Shown: positions 49,229-58,932 of the stretch, piece by piece | How positions within the stretch are numbered: the first letter of the stretch is position 1 | Layout of the letters: the number at the start of each line of letters is the position of its first letter | Source: Gammaproteobacteria bacterium | GTDB lineage: Bacteria; Pseudomonadota; Gammaproteobacteria; Pseudomonadales; Oleiphilaceae | Direction: 5' to 3' | Length of the DNA: 64,000 nt | Assembly (NCBI GenBank): GCA_002747055.1 | Contig: PDSQ01000028.1 | Span: forward strand, 17,516 to 81,515 | The notes under the pieces: generated by a model | The model's input: only the letters and a program-made list of their open reading frames with translations | Told to the model about the DNA's origin: nothing | Databases searched by the model: none | Position numbers and translations under genes: made by a program

Positions 49229-50017
49229 TTACTTGAGGAGGGTGGCATCGTAGCGCTGATAAATCCGTGCGACAGTTTTGTCTCGATACATAGCCAGCAG
49301 CGCCTGCTGGAGCGCCTCGATCAGCTCGTCACTGACACCCAGATTACATCCCATAGCCCGAACGGAGGTATAGAATACAATGGCCGGGTCGACCAGCGGC
49401 TGAGAGCGTTCTTTTGCCAGAAACCGGGCGGATATGGTATCCGACACCCAAAAGTCGATACGGTTTCTCATCAACATATCCGCATTCAACTCGTTTCGAT
49501 GGGCATAATGCACATTGAAACCAAAGCTCGCCAAGTATTCGCCAACCCCACTGCCCAAATAACTACCCAATACATAGGGCCGTGCTTCGTTGAGTGTGGT
49601 CAGGACGATCTGCTTTCCCGCACGGGCATAGAGCCCGTATCGGGATATCAATACCGGACTGACCCATTTGAAAAAAACTTCACGTTCTTGACTGCGCTCG
49701 ATCGGAAAAACACAGTGATTTCTGCCGCGTTTTGCAATCAACAGTGAACGTTTGGCAGGGACGATCCGAATCGTGTAGTCGACTTCAGCACGACTCATCA
49801 AGGTATCGATCAGCGCAACCAAAAGACCTTCCGGCTTGTTCAGCTCGACATCCACCAAAGGGCGTTCGAGAAACGTGACCAAATTGAGCATAGGCTTGGC
49901 ATACAAAGGCATGGCCAACGACAGGGTAATCGCTAATAATACGCCACCCACCCGCCTCGGTAATCGATTGATCGACAACGTGCCGCCACCGTTACCAGCT
50001 CGCCAAACTACTGCCAC
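49229..50017 (-). CDS. Periplasmic substrate-binding protein (family 3-like)
   Basis: 'GLLVALI..LM.RA', 'P.KR', 'R..ERE..FKWV.P', 'RIDFW'. Confidence 0.8.
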   Translation of the reverse strand: MAVVWRAGNGGGTLSINRLPRRVGGVLLAITLSLAMPLYAKPMLNLVTFLERPLVDVELNKPEGLLVALIDTLMSRAEVDYTIRIVPAKRSLLIAKRGRNHCVFPIERSQEREVFFKWVSPVLISRYGLYARAGKQIVLTTLNEARPYVLGSYLGSGVGEYLASFGFNVHYAHRNELNADMLMRNRIDFWVSDTISARFLAKERSQPLVDPAIVFYTSVRAMGCNLGVSDELIEALQQALLAMYRDKTVARIYQRYDATLLK

Positions 50018-51738
50018 GCGTTCAATGCCTCCTGATAATCCCAGGTTTCTCCCCTCGGCTTTTCATTTCGTTTCGGTTTCGGCGCGCCTGCTAGCGCATA
50101 CCAATACGCTGCCGGCTTCGGATCGTTGAGCACGGGCTTACAAATCATATCATCTCTTTTGGCCATAGTGGCCAGCTCTGCGTCCATTGCGTGTGCAAGT
50201 TCATCCATTGCACGCGCCGTCGTCAACTTGCCGGTCACCGCTTGGGCAATATACCGCCACCAAAGTGTCGACAAGCGGGGATAATTCGGCACATTAACTC
50301 CAGTCGGAGTCCACAAATCACGGCCACGACTCCGATAAAACTCGACAAAGCCACCCAGTTTAGGTGCCTGCATCGTCATTTCTTGAGATTCGATATCAGA
50401 ACGACGTACCGGCGTCAAACCGACCAGCGTTTTGGTCAATGAGACCGTTTTTGACACCACAAACTGCGCATACAGCCAGGCGGCTTTCTGTCGATCAATC
50501 GGTGTGCTTTTCATTAACGTCCAAGCACCTGCATCCTGATAGCCACGCTTCATTCCCTGATCCCAATAGGCGCCCCTGGGCGACGGAGCGACCCGCCATT
50601 TCGGTGTGCCATCAGCATTCACGACCGGCAACCCCGGCTTGGACAAAGCGGCAGTAAAAGCGGTGTACCAGAATATTTGTTGTGCGATCTGACCCTGCCC
50701 CACGACCTTTCCGGCTTCGGTAAAGTTCATGGTCTTCGCTTCCGGCGGCGCGAATTTGTCCAGCCACTCGATAAACTTGTTTACCGCATAGTTGGCAGCT
50801 GGACCATTTAACGCACCACCACGCGCAACGGATGCTCCGACAGGCCGGCAACCCAGCACGCGGATTCCCCAGTCATCGACCGGCACGCCATTGGGCAAAC
50901 CAATATCCCCGGCGCCAGCCATCGACAGCCAGGCATCAGAAATTCGCCAGCCAAGCGAAGGGTCTTCGGCCGCATAGTCCATATGACCCCAAACCCGCTG
51001 ACCATCGATGGTTTTCACATGCACCGTGAAAAACTCCGCTATATCTTCATAAGCAGACCAGTTTTTGGGTACACCCAATGGATAACCATAAATTTTTTTA
51101 AAGCGAGATTTTAAATCGGGGCGGTTGAACCAATCATGGCGATACCAATACAAGTTGGCAAACTGCTGATCCGGTAATTGATAGATAATGCCATCTGGCG
51201 CCGTGACAAAGTCAATACCGATAAAGTCCTCCAAATCCAATGTCGGCAGTGTTTCGGCTTTTGCCGCAGTTTGCATAAACCGGCCCAGGGGCACGACTTT
51301 TTGATATCGGAAGTGAGTACCAATCAGGTCACTATCATTGATATAAGCATCATACAGGTTTTCGTCGGTGTCCATTTGTGCCTGCAGCTTTTTAACCAGA
51401 TCATCTTCTCCGGTCAACTCGTGTACGACATGGATACCGGTTATTTCACTGAATGCCTTGGCCAATACCGAGGCTTCGTACCAATGGGTGTCAATTCGCT
51501 CAGACACGACGCGAATTGTCATACCACGATACGGTTTACTCGCCTCGATAAACCATTCCATCTCTGCCACTTGCTCATCATAGCTTAGCGTGGAACGAGC
51601 GAATTCTTTTTTCAACCAATTGCATGCCACCTCCTTCCGACCGACAGCCTGTACCGAGCCGGAAACCAATGTCAATAACAGTACAATTAGAACACACCCT
51701 ATCCGCAAGCGATACGACCTGAATTCAGCAACTATCAA
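50008..51738 (-). CDS. ABC-type substrate-binding protein (GlpV/glycerol-binding-like)
   Basis: 'STLS..EQ.AEMEWF..AS.P', 'NDSDLIGTH.RY', 'PDQQFANLYW.R', 'PKNWSAYEDIAEFF'. Confidence 0.8.
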   Translation of the reverse strand: MIVAEFRSYRLRIGCVLIVLLLTLVSGSVQAVGRKEVACNWLKKEFARSTLSYDEQVAEMEWFIEASKPYRGMTIRVVSERIDTHWYEASVLAKAFSEITGIHVVHELTGEDDLVKKLQAQMDTDENLYDAYINDSDLIGTHFRYQKVVPLGRFMQTAAKAETLPTLDLEDFIGIDFVTAPDGIIYQLPDQQFANLYWYRHDWFNRPDLKSRFKKIYGYPLGVPKNWSAYEDIAEFFTVHVKTIDGQRVWGHMDYAAEDPSLGWRISDAWLSMAGAGDIGLPNGVPVDDWGIRVLGCRPVGASVARGGALNGPAANYAVNKFIEWLDKFAPPEAKTMNFTEAGKVVGQGQIAQQIFWYTAFTAALSKPGLPVVNADGTPKWRVAPSPRGAYWDQGMKRGYQDAGAWTLMKSTPIDRQKAAWLYAQFVVSKTVSLTKTLVGLTPVRRSDIESQEMTMQAPKLGGFVEFYRSRGRDLWTPTGVNVPNYPRLSTLWWRYIAQAVTGKLTTARAMDELAHAMDAELATMAKRDDMICKPVLNDPKPAAYWYALAGAPKPKRNEKPRGETWDYQEALNAWQ

Positions 51739-51953
51739 CTTATCTATCCTGCAACTCCTTATACCAGGTTATTTGGCAGCCATTTCCTGCTACTTCTACA
51801 GCCAATAATTATTTTGACATATAGTATAATTCAACCAGGAAATGCAAATAGAAAATGAGCCAAATTACCACCATCGCCTAATATCCAAAAAACTGCAAAC
51901 ATGCCATCTTCAGAATGCGAGGCTCAGATTCGGCAAATCAAAAAGGTAACCAT

Positions 51954-52562
51954 GTGAAACTGACAGAAAATCGATCCACCAGCGCAAAAATACTGAAAAA
52001 TCTGCTTGTTTTCTTTTTCTTGTATGGTGCAGTCAGCTATAGCCTTGCCATTTTCGAATACACCTTTTTTCACCTTAGTGGAAAGGCGCTCTTTGGCGTT
52101 GCACGAAGCTATCAAGAACTATCCCGGGAGCAAATGATCGAAGAGTTTCACCTTTGTGGAGGTCCTTTGTTCGGGGCCAACACGCTGGAAACCGAACACG
52201 CAGGCGACCCCATCGTTGTCCGCTGTGGTCGATTTTGGCCGTTTTATCGTTATTCCATCAGCCTGCCGGCAAACAATATGATTCCCGGCGCTTTCATTAA
52301 AAACCCCGAAGAACCGATTGAAGTGACCAAAGCCAAGCGTCGCCTGATCGACAACACCACGGTAATAAACGGCGCATTTGTGTGCCTTGCACTGATTGTC
52401 GTGGCTCTGGCACTTTTCAGTGCTTACCAGTTTATCGTTAAAAAACAGGATGAAAAGGGCTTCAAGTGGGCTTTTCACGCATTTGTCAGCAGCCTGATAA
52501 TGACCGCGACTTTCGTCGCAGTGATGTTTTTTGTCGATCCGGTGTTTTCGCTTGGCTGGTAG
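51954..52562 (+). CDS. Hypothetical membrane protein (3 TM, two-Cys periplasmic loop)
   Basis: Hydrophobic segments; 'HLCGGP...RCGRFWPFY'. Confidence 0.7.
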   Translation: MKLTENRSTSAKILKNLLVFFFLYGAVSYSLAIFEYTFFHLSGKALFGVARSYQELSREQMIEEFHLCGGPLFGANTLETEHAGDPIVVRCGRFWPFYRYSISLPANNMIPGAFIKNPEEPIEVTKAKRRLIDNTTVINGAFVCLALIVVALALFSAYQFIVKKQDEKGFKWAFHAFVSSLIMTATFVAVMFFVDPVFSLGW

Positions 52563-52715
52563 CGCCGGCGCCTGCTGACTTTGCTTGTCTGAGTAGAGGC
52601 ATCGCTTTTGTGTGTCGTCAATCTGGCATGATTGCCACTTTGTTCATATACTTTTATATTCGCCATGACAGCATCGTGCAACTTTTACCGGATGCAATAA
52701 TCAGAATCAAAAAAC

Positions 52716-55439
52716 ATGACGCGATTTAACCTGCTAGTCAAAATCTTCAGCCTGACCCTGGTATCACTGGTGTCCATTTTGTTAATTGGTTATCTCGCCA
52801 GTGACGCGATATTGGAAAACGACACTCAAAATATCCGCAAAACCATCCTGGGCGCATTGCAGTCAGAGGCCAAGTCTTTGGCAACCGTGGCTCAGATGCA
52901 GGCCGACCTGAACGGTCAATCCAAGCAGACCTCATTGACCCGACAAACCTGGGAGGCCATACTGCCTGACGCCGCCCGGCAGGAACAACTGGGCATCCAG
53001 GGTATACTGGTCATGGCTCACACAAATGCAATCCTGTATCACCAGATCAGTGAGCCGCCGATCATGTCGATTCCGCTCGACAAGCTCAAATTCGATCTGA
53101 TACCACTGCTGAATCAGGCAGCCCAAACACCCCACAGCTCGGCCGAAGCATTTACCGGTTACATCACGATCGACGAAAACCTCTTTATCGCTGCAGTATC
53201 CCGGCTACAACGAGACCCGGAACCCGTCTCACCGTCGGCCAAGGTGCGGCACAACCGGTTAGCCAAAATGTATCTGGTGTTGCTTCAATCGGTCTCCAAT
53301 TCCAAACTCGCTGGGCTAACCGAAGACGTGGCTCGGGCCGGAATTGAGTTCGTCGCACTACCCACAAAACGGCGAACACCGGATCTGAATCGACTGACCA
53401 TAACGGGGGTTTACGGCAATGATATCGGCAGCATTGTCTGGCGACCCGCCGCGCGCGACCCGGTGGCGTCCAGTCTGTTGATCTTCGGGACACTCGCGCT
53501 AACGGTAATTGTCGGCCTCGGCGGCATTACCTTTTATCGCCTCACTGCTGACTTTTCAACCACGGCCGAGATGACTGAAAACCCGACCGGAGGAACTCGA
53601 TTTTTGAGTTCGGTCAATCAATCGCTGGCAATTCTCTCGTCCAACCAGCCAGCGAAAAAATCGATTGGTCAATTGATAGACCATCTTGAGAGTATCATTC
53701 CGGACAGCGAGTTTATCGGCATGATATACGATCCAAACAACACCGGGGTCAATTCACTGATCAGTAAAAGACTGAACGCCAAACTTGCCGAGGCACTGAG
53801 TCGGCGTGTCGAGCCTGTTAACATGCTGCACGCGGCCATCGAGCTGGGTAAAAAATTCAAGTTGAACCCGAACAACGAGCAATGGCGAAACTATCTGAAA
53901 ACGGTACAGCCAGACAAAATACAGTTTTTGTACGCAACGCCATTTACAATTGAAACCGATATATTGGGCTGCCTCATTACCTACAAAGTAGACAGCAAAC
54001 TGCTTAGTCAGCAAGACTACCAATTGATTCATACCTGTAGTGAGGTGATGGCACTGGCGATACAAAAAGAAGCCGGGGCGACCAGTTCACAACAATCACT
54101 CTATCAGGATCCGATCACCCATCTGGTCAACCGACGTGTATTCCAGATCTGTCTCGAGCAGGCTCTCAATCTGGTCTACCGCTTTGGTAAAGCAACTCAC
54201 CACAGTACCTCGATACAGGTCACTGCACTTTGTTTTGGGGTGAATCAATTCAGCCGGGTAAACGAACAATACGGTCATGACGTAGGTGATCGCGCGTTGC
54301 AAGAACTCGCAGGCAGATTGACCCGAGCCGCCTCTGCCAATGACACGATTGCCCGATTTGGCGGTGACCAGTTCGCGCTTATGACAACGCAATGCAAACA
54401 ACTTGGTGAAACCACCCGACTGGTCAACCACATCCGTGGCATATTGTGCGAACCACTGATACTCGACGAGTTAACGCTGCAACTCGATATCGTTGCCAGT
54501 GTACTGTTTATATCCAACACACCAGACACCCCCAGAATAGCGGCGGAGCAAGCCCTGACCCAACTCGAATCGACCTTGCATGACGCCAAAAAAGCCACAA
54601 CCGGCTTTCGCTACTGCGACCGGGAGCTGGACGAACTGGGTCAACGATTCAGCGCATTGCATACCTCTATACCAGAAGCATTGAGCAATGATACGCTGGA
54701 AGTGTTCTATCTGCCGCTGATCGATATCCGTAACAATACCTTGGCCGGTCTGGAAGCGCTGGTCCGCTGGCAGCACCCTGTGCTGGCCAGGACAGACACC
54801 AATGACATAATTACAGCAGCAGAAATCACCGATGAAATCGTTCGTATCGACCTGGAGGTACTGCGTAAAGCCTGTGCAAAGATTAAACAAGTCAATCAAC
54901 AAAACCAGACAAACCTGACCTTGTCTCTCAATATCTCCGGCTATAGTTTAAGCAATGAAAATATCTTTTCGTATATAGCACAGTTGTTACAACAAACCTT
55001 TGTCCGGCCAGACCTGATTCGACTGGAAGTCAATCACGACTGGCTGATTGACCATACCGACCAAATGCTGTCACTCAGCAAGCAGATCGCCGGCAGCGGG
55101 ATCACCTTCGGCGTTGGCAAAGTCAAAGCAGAAAGTGCGACAGCCGCAAATCTCTCCGCGTTTCCGATTCAGCAAATCAAGCTGGATCAAAGCTGCATCA
55201 AGACACTCTCGGAAAACGCCCAAGTACGGCAGCGAACCAGTGCCTTGTTAGCGTTATCCCGAACACTTGGCGCAGAGACGGTAGCTGTCGGCGTTGAAAG
55301 CGACCACCAGCTTGCCTGGTTGAAATCTCAGGGCGTAGATTACATACAGGGTTACTTGATTGGGCGGCCACTAAGCAATGACCAACTGCTTTCTGAAATA
55401 GATGCGATCAACCTGAAACTACAACAGGATTTCAGTTAA
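52716..55439 (+). CDS. Membrane sensor-GAF-like-GGDEF-EAL protein with degenerate catalytic motifs
   Basis: GGDQF; 'FGVNQF' in place of DxDxF; EAL retained; DDFGTG replaced by 'GKVKAE'; 'VAVGVE'. Confidence 0.85.
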   Translation: MTRFNLLVKIFSLTLVSLVSILLIGYLASDAILENDTQNIRKTILGALQSEAKSLATVAQMQADLNGQSKQTSLTRQTWEAILPDAARQEQLGIQGILVMAHTNAILYHQISEPPIMSIPLDKLKFDLIPLLNQAAQTPHSSAEAFTGYITIDENLFIAAVSRLQRDPEPVSPSAKVRHNRLAKMYLVLLQSVSNSKLAGLTEDVARAGIEFVALPTKRRTPDLNRLTITGVYGNDIGSIVWRPAARDPVASSLLIFGTLALTVIVGLGGITFYRLTADFSTTAEMTENPTGGTRFLSSVNQSLAILSSNQPAKKSIGQLIDHLESIIPDSEFIGMIYDPNNTGVNSLISKRLNAKLAEALSRRVEPVNMLHAAIELGKKFKLNPNNEQWRNYLKTVQPDKIQFLYATPFTIETDILGCLITYKVDSKLLSQQDYQLIHTCSEVMALAIQKEAGATSSQQSLYQDPITHLVNRRVFQICLEQALNLVYRFGKATHHSTSIQVTALCFGVNQFSRVNEQYGHDVGDRALQELAGRLTRAASANDTIARFGGDQFALMTTQCKQLGETTRLVNHIRGILCEPLILDELTLQLDIVASVLFISNTPDTPRIAAEQALTQLESTLHDAKKATTGFRYCDRELDELGQRFSALHTSIPEALSNDTLEVFYLPLIDIRNNTLAGLEALVRWQHPVLARTDTNDIITAAEITDEIVRIDLEVLRKACAKIKQVNQQNQTNLTLSLNISGYSLSNENIFSYIAQLLQQTFVRPDLIRLEVNHDWLIDHTDQMLSLSKQIAGSGITFGVGKVKAESATAANLSAFPIQQIKLDQSCIKTLSENAQVRQRTSALLALSRTLGAETVAVGVESDHQLAWLKSQGVDYIQGYLIGRPLSNDQLLSEIDAINLKLQQDFS

Positions 55440-55579
55440 ATTACTTTTTATCCCTATTGAAACTGTTTTTCGGTATTATAGAATCCCTACTGTCAAAACA
55501 ACCCAAAGAGACACGTCGGCAAGGTTCAGGCTTCGGGCACGGCGATGAGTCCTCATACTAGATAAATTGGTTCAGTTTC

Positions 55580-57625
55580 ATGTTAAATATGGATGCGCTC
55601 ACGCAACTTAAACAGTTGAAAAAGGAAATTAACGCAAACAGAAGAATTGCCAGCGGAAAAGTCAAAGGCAGCAATTCCCGTTTTGGCTTTGTGACCCTCG
55701 ATGCCACCGGCAAGGATGTTTACCTGTCACCAGAGCAAATGAACCGGGTGTTTCCCGGCGATGAAGTGGAAATCGAAATTTTCACCGATGCTAAAAACAA
55801 GGACTATGGTGAACTGTTAAGACTGCTTAAACCGGAACTGAAAACATTTGTCGCGGTATTGAGAACGAAAAACAAAGTCAGTTTCGCCGAACCTCAAGTA
55901 CACAACGTAAACCGCTGGCTCTACATACCGCCCAATCGAACCCAACACGCCAAAGACGGCGATTTGATCAAATGTAAACTGACGCAACACCCCTACAAAA
56001 CTGGTAAACCGCAAGTCGAAGTGGTAGAAAAAATAGGCAGCCCGAACCAGCCGGGAATAGAAAGACTTTTCAGCATGGCCAAATTCGATATTCGGCATTT
56101 CTGGCCCAAGGAGGTCAACCAGCAAATCAAGCAGGAACTGGATAACCTGTCGATCGAGCCGGGCGACAGAGAAGACTTGCGAACCATACCTTTTGTAACT
56201 ATTGATTCTGCCACCACCCTAGATATGGATGACGCCCTGTTCGCCGAGGCGATGACCGATGGCTGGCAGCTGAAAGTGGCCATTGCCGACCCGACCGAGT
56301 TTATCGGCTCAGATTCGGCGATTGAACGGGAGGCTTTCAAGCGCGGCACAAGTATTTATTTCCCCGGCACCACAGTGCCGATGCTGCCCATGGCAATCAC
56401 CCAAAACCTGGCCTCACTTGTAGCCGATGAAGACCGATATGCACTGGTCTGTGAGATGGATGTCAGCCTGGACGGCAGCATTCGCGACTATCAACTGAAA
56501 CTGGCCCTGATCCGATCTCGCGCCAAGCTCAGTTACGAGCAGGTCAACGCCTTTATCGAATCCGGCAATCAGACAGGTATTCCTGAACCCGCCCAGGCAT
56601 CCATTCAGCAACTGCACTTGCTCGCCGAGGCTTTCAATCGATGGCGAGCGCAGTATGCGACCATTCGCGAAGAGCAATTCGACTTCCAGATTCAGCTCGA
56701 TGACCAGGAAAAAATCGCCCAAATCATCAAAATTATTCCCGGAGCAGGCAACCACATTGTTGCAGAATGCATGATCTCTGCCAATCGCTGTGCCGCACAA
56801 TTCATGGCGAAGGAATGCGCAACCGGCCTGTTTATAACACACAGCGGTGTTCGGCGAGATCGTATCGAGAATATTGGTAAAATTATCCAGGACAAAATCA
56901 ACCCTCACCATAGCACGACACTTGATACCAGCCACCTCACCGAACCGGATAAATTCAGCGAACTGGTCAATCTGGCCGAGCGCACGCCTGATGCAAGCCC
57001 GCTGAGAAGCGTGATCGACCGGCAACTCGAACGCAGTGTACTTGCTACACAAGCCGCGCCCCACTGTGGCATGGGGCTGGATCTATACACCAACTTCACC
57101 TCCCCAATCAGAAAATACGTTGACTTCTATGTTCATCGTTTAATCAAGAACAAGATAAAAGGCACCTCGTTCAGGCCGCTCACTCAAAAAAGCCTGGAGC
57201 TTCTGGCAGATGCCCAACAACGGGCAAGACAGTCGGTCAACCTGATGGAACAATGGTTGAAAGCGCAGTACGCCGAGACACTCAAGGGTCAGACCTTTCA
57301 GGCTCGCTTGTTTCGGAGTACATCAGCCGGATTCTTTATCAAACTCGATGATGTCGGCCTGGAAGGCTTTGTCTCGACCAAGGATATGCCGGATAAATAC
57401 AGTTTTGATCAGGTTTATCTATCGCTGAAGAGCAAAAAACGGGGTTTCTTTCTAGATGACCAGCTTACAGTCGTCATTGACCGGATCGACTCCCGACGGC
57501 ACCAGATTGTCTTTAAACTGAAAGAAGACAGTGAACCGTCGACAGAGGCCGGGCCATCGACACAGCACAAGCAGGCAACACAGAACCAACAACGAGCAGA
57601 GCGACTGGATACGCTTGATAAATAA
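55580..57625 (+). CDS. RNase II/RNase R (RNB) family 3'-5' exoribonuclease
   Basis: Cold-shock domains, 'TIDSATTLDMDDA', 'FTSPIRKY.D...HR', S1 domain. Confidence 0.92.
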   Translation: MLNMDALTQLKQLKKEINANRRIASGKVKGSNSRFGFVTLDATGKDVYLSPEQMNRVFPGDEVEIEIFTDAKNKDYGELLRLLKPELKTFVAVLRTKNKVSFAEPQVHNVNRWLYIPPNRTQHAKDGDLIKCKLTQHPYKTGKPQVEVVEKIGSPNQPGIERLFSMAKFDIRHFWPKEVNQQIKQELDNLSIEPGDREDLRTIPFVTIDSATTLDMDDALFAEAMTDGWQLKVAIADPTEFIGSDSAIEREAFKRGTSIYFPGTTVPMLPMAITQNLASLVADEDRYALVCEMDVSLDGSIRDYQLKLALIRSRAKLSYEQVNAFIESGNQTGIPEPAQASIQQLHLLAEAFNRWRAQYATIREEQFDFQIQLDDQEKIAQIIKIIPGAGNHIVAECMISANRCAAQFMAKECATGLFITHSGVRRDRIENIGKIIQDKINPHHSTTLDTSHLTEPDKFSELVNLAERTPDASPLRSVIDRQLERSVLATQAAPHCGMGLDLYTNFTSPIRKYVDFYVHRLIKNKIKGTSFRPLTQKSLELLADAQQRARQSVNLMEQWLKAQYAETLKGQTFQARLFRSTSAGFFIKLDDVGLEGFVSTKDMPDKYSFDQVYLSLKSKKRGFFLDDQLTVVIDRIDSRRHQIVFKLKEDSEPSTEAGPSTQHKQATQNQQRAERLDTLDK

Positions 57626-57663
57626 TAAATGAAAACTGAAAAGTGGAAAGGAAGGGTTAAGAG

Positions 57664-58158
57664 ATGGAAGTGACCGCCAGACATGTCTATCAGGCATCGG
57701 TAGCGTGTGTTTTTAAAACCTTTGGCACCCCTGAGGATCTCCAGGCCAAGCATGAATCATTGGGCGCAAGAAACATCGAGATCGACCAGTGCGACCTCAC
57801 TGAAACAAAATTGAACCTGTCCATGCACCGACAGGTTCCGACTGAAGTGCCCGGTATACTGAAAAGATTTCTCAGTGATTGGAATACGGTAGATCAAACT
57901 GAAAGCTGGTCTGGCCAACCCGGTGAAGGCTATGAAGGCAACTTCCATATCCATATTCATGGTGTACCCGTGACTCTGAATGGCAAGTGCATTTTGACTC
58001 GGGAAGGTGATCACTCTATCAACGATGTGTCAGTGAAAATCGAGTGCAACATTCCGCTGGTGGGCAAAAAACTGGCCGCTTTTATCGCTGAAAACTGTGC
58101 CAGGACAATGGAGCAAGAATACGCCTTTATCAAACAATTGGTTGAAAACCCCGGCTAA
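57664..58158 (+). CDS. DUF2505-family (START-like) protein
   Basis: 'GARNIE', 'P.EVPG.LK.F', 'IPLVGKKLA.FI'. Confidence 0.75.
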   Translation: MEVTARHVYQASVACVFKTFGTPEDLQAKHESLGARNIEIDQCDLTETKLNLSMHRQVPTEVPGILKRFLSDWNTVDQTESWSGQPGEGYEGNFHIHIHGVPVTLNGKCILTREGDHSINDVSVKIECNIPLVGKKLAAFIAENCARTMEQEYAFIKQLVENPG

Positions 58159-58277
58159 CCTAGCAGAGGGTTTATCATGCCGTATCAACTCCACAGGCAA
58201 TCAAGTACTGGCTCGTAGTGCGCGGACTAAGCGAGAGCCTGCGTATAGAACTTGAGCTGGCTGATGAAGAGGTTCCA

Positions 58278-58886
58278 ATGAAAATCTATGAAATGAAAAT
58301 CGCCCCCAACCCGCGGCGGGTACGGATTTTTTTAGCCGAAAAGGGGGTCGATGTCGAATACGTTGAATTGGATCTGCAAAAAGGCGACAACCTCACACCG
58401 AAATTTCGACAAATGAACCTGATGACTAAAGTGCCCGTGCTGGAACTCGATAACGGCGCCTGTATTTCCGAAACCGTCGCAATTTGTCGATACTTCGAGG
58501 AGATCCACCCTGAGGCACCATTGATGGGCACAACGGCGATAGAAAAAGCACAGATCGAGATGTGGCAACGCTGGCTTGAGTTTTACTTCCTGCTACCCAC
58601 CGGAATGTGCTTCCAGCATAGCAGTGGCTACTTCAAGGATCGAATGACCCCGATTAAGGAATGGGCCGATGAATGCAAAAAAAATGCGCGAATGTTTTTT
58701 GACACATTGAACACTCACCTGGCAGACAAAACCTTCATTGTGACGGAGCAGTTCAGTATTGCTGATATCACGGCGCTATGCACCATCGACTTCAACAAGG
58801 TGAATAACCTGCGTATCGAGCCGGAACACGAGCATTTGTCGCGCTGGTATCAACGCATTTCAAGCCGACCTTCGGCAAAAGCCTGA
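58278..58886 (+). CDS. Glutathione S-transferase family protein
   Basis: 'APNPRRVRIFLAEKG', 'VPVLE...ISET.AICRY', 'FSIADI'. Confidence 0.93.
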   Translation: MKIYEMKIAPNPRRVRIFLAEKGVDVEYVELDLQKGDNLTPKFRQMNLMTKVPVLELDNGACISETVAICRYFEEIHPEAPLMGTTAIEKAQIEMWQRWLEFYFLLPTGMCFQHSSGYFKDRMTPIKEWADECKKNARMFFDTLNTHLADKTFIVTEQFSIADITALCTIDFNKVNNLRIEPEHEHLSRWYQRISSRPSAKA

Positions 58887-58932
58887 GCCGCCGCCAGTGG
58901 TAAGGCAGAAATATCCTGGTTGAACAAATGCC

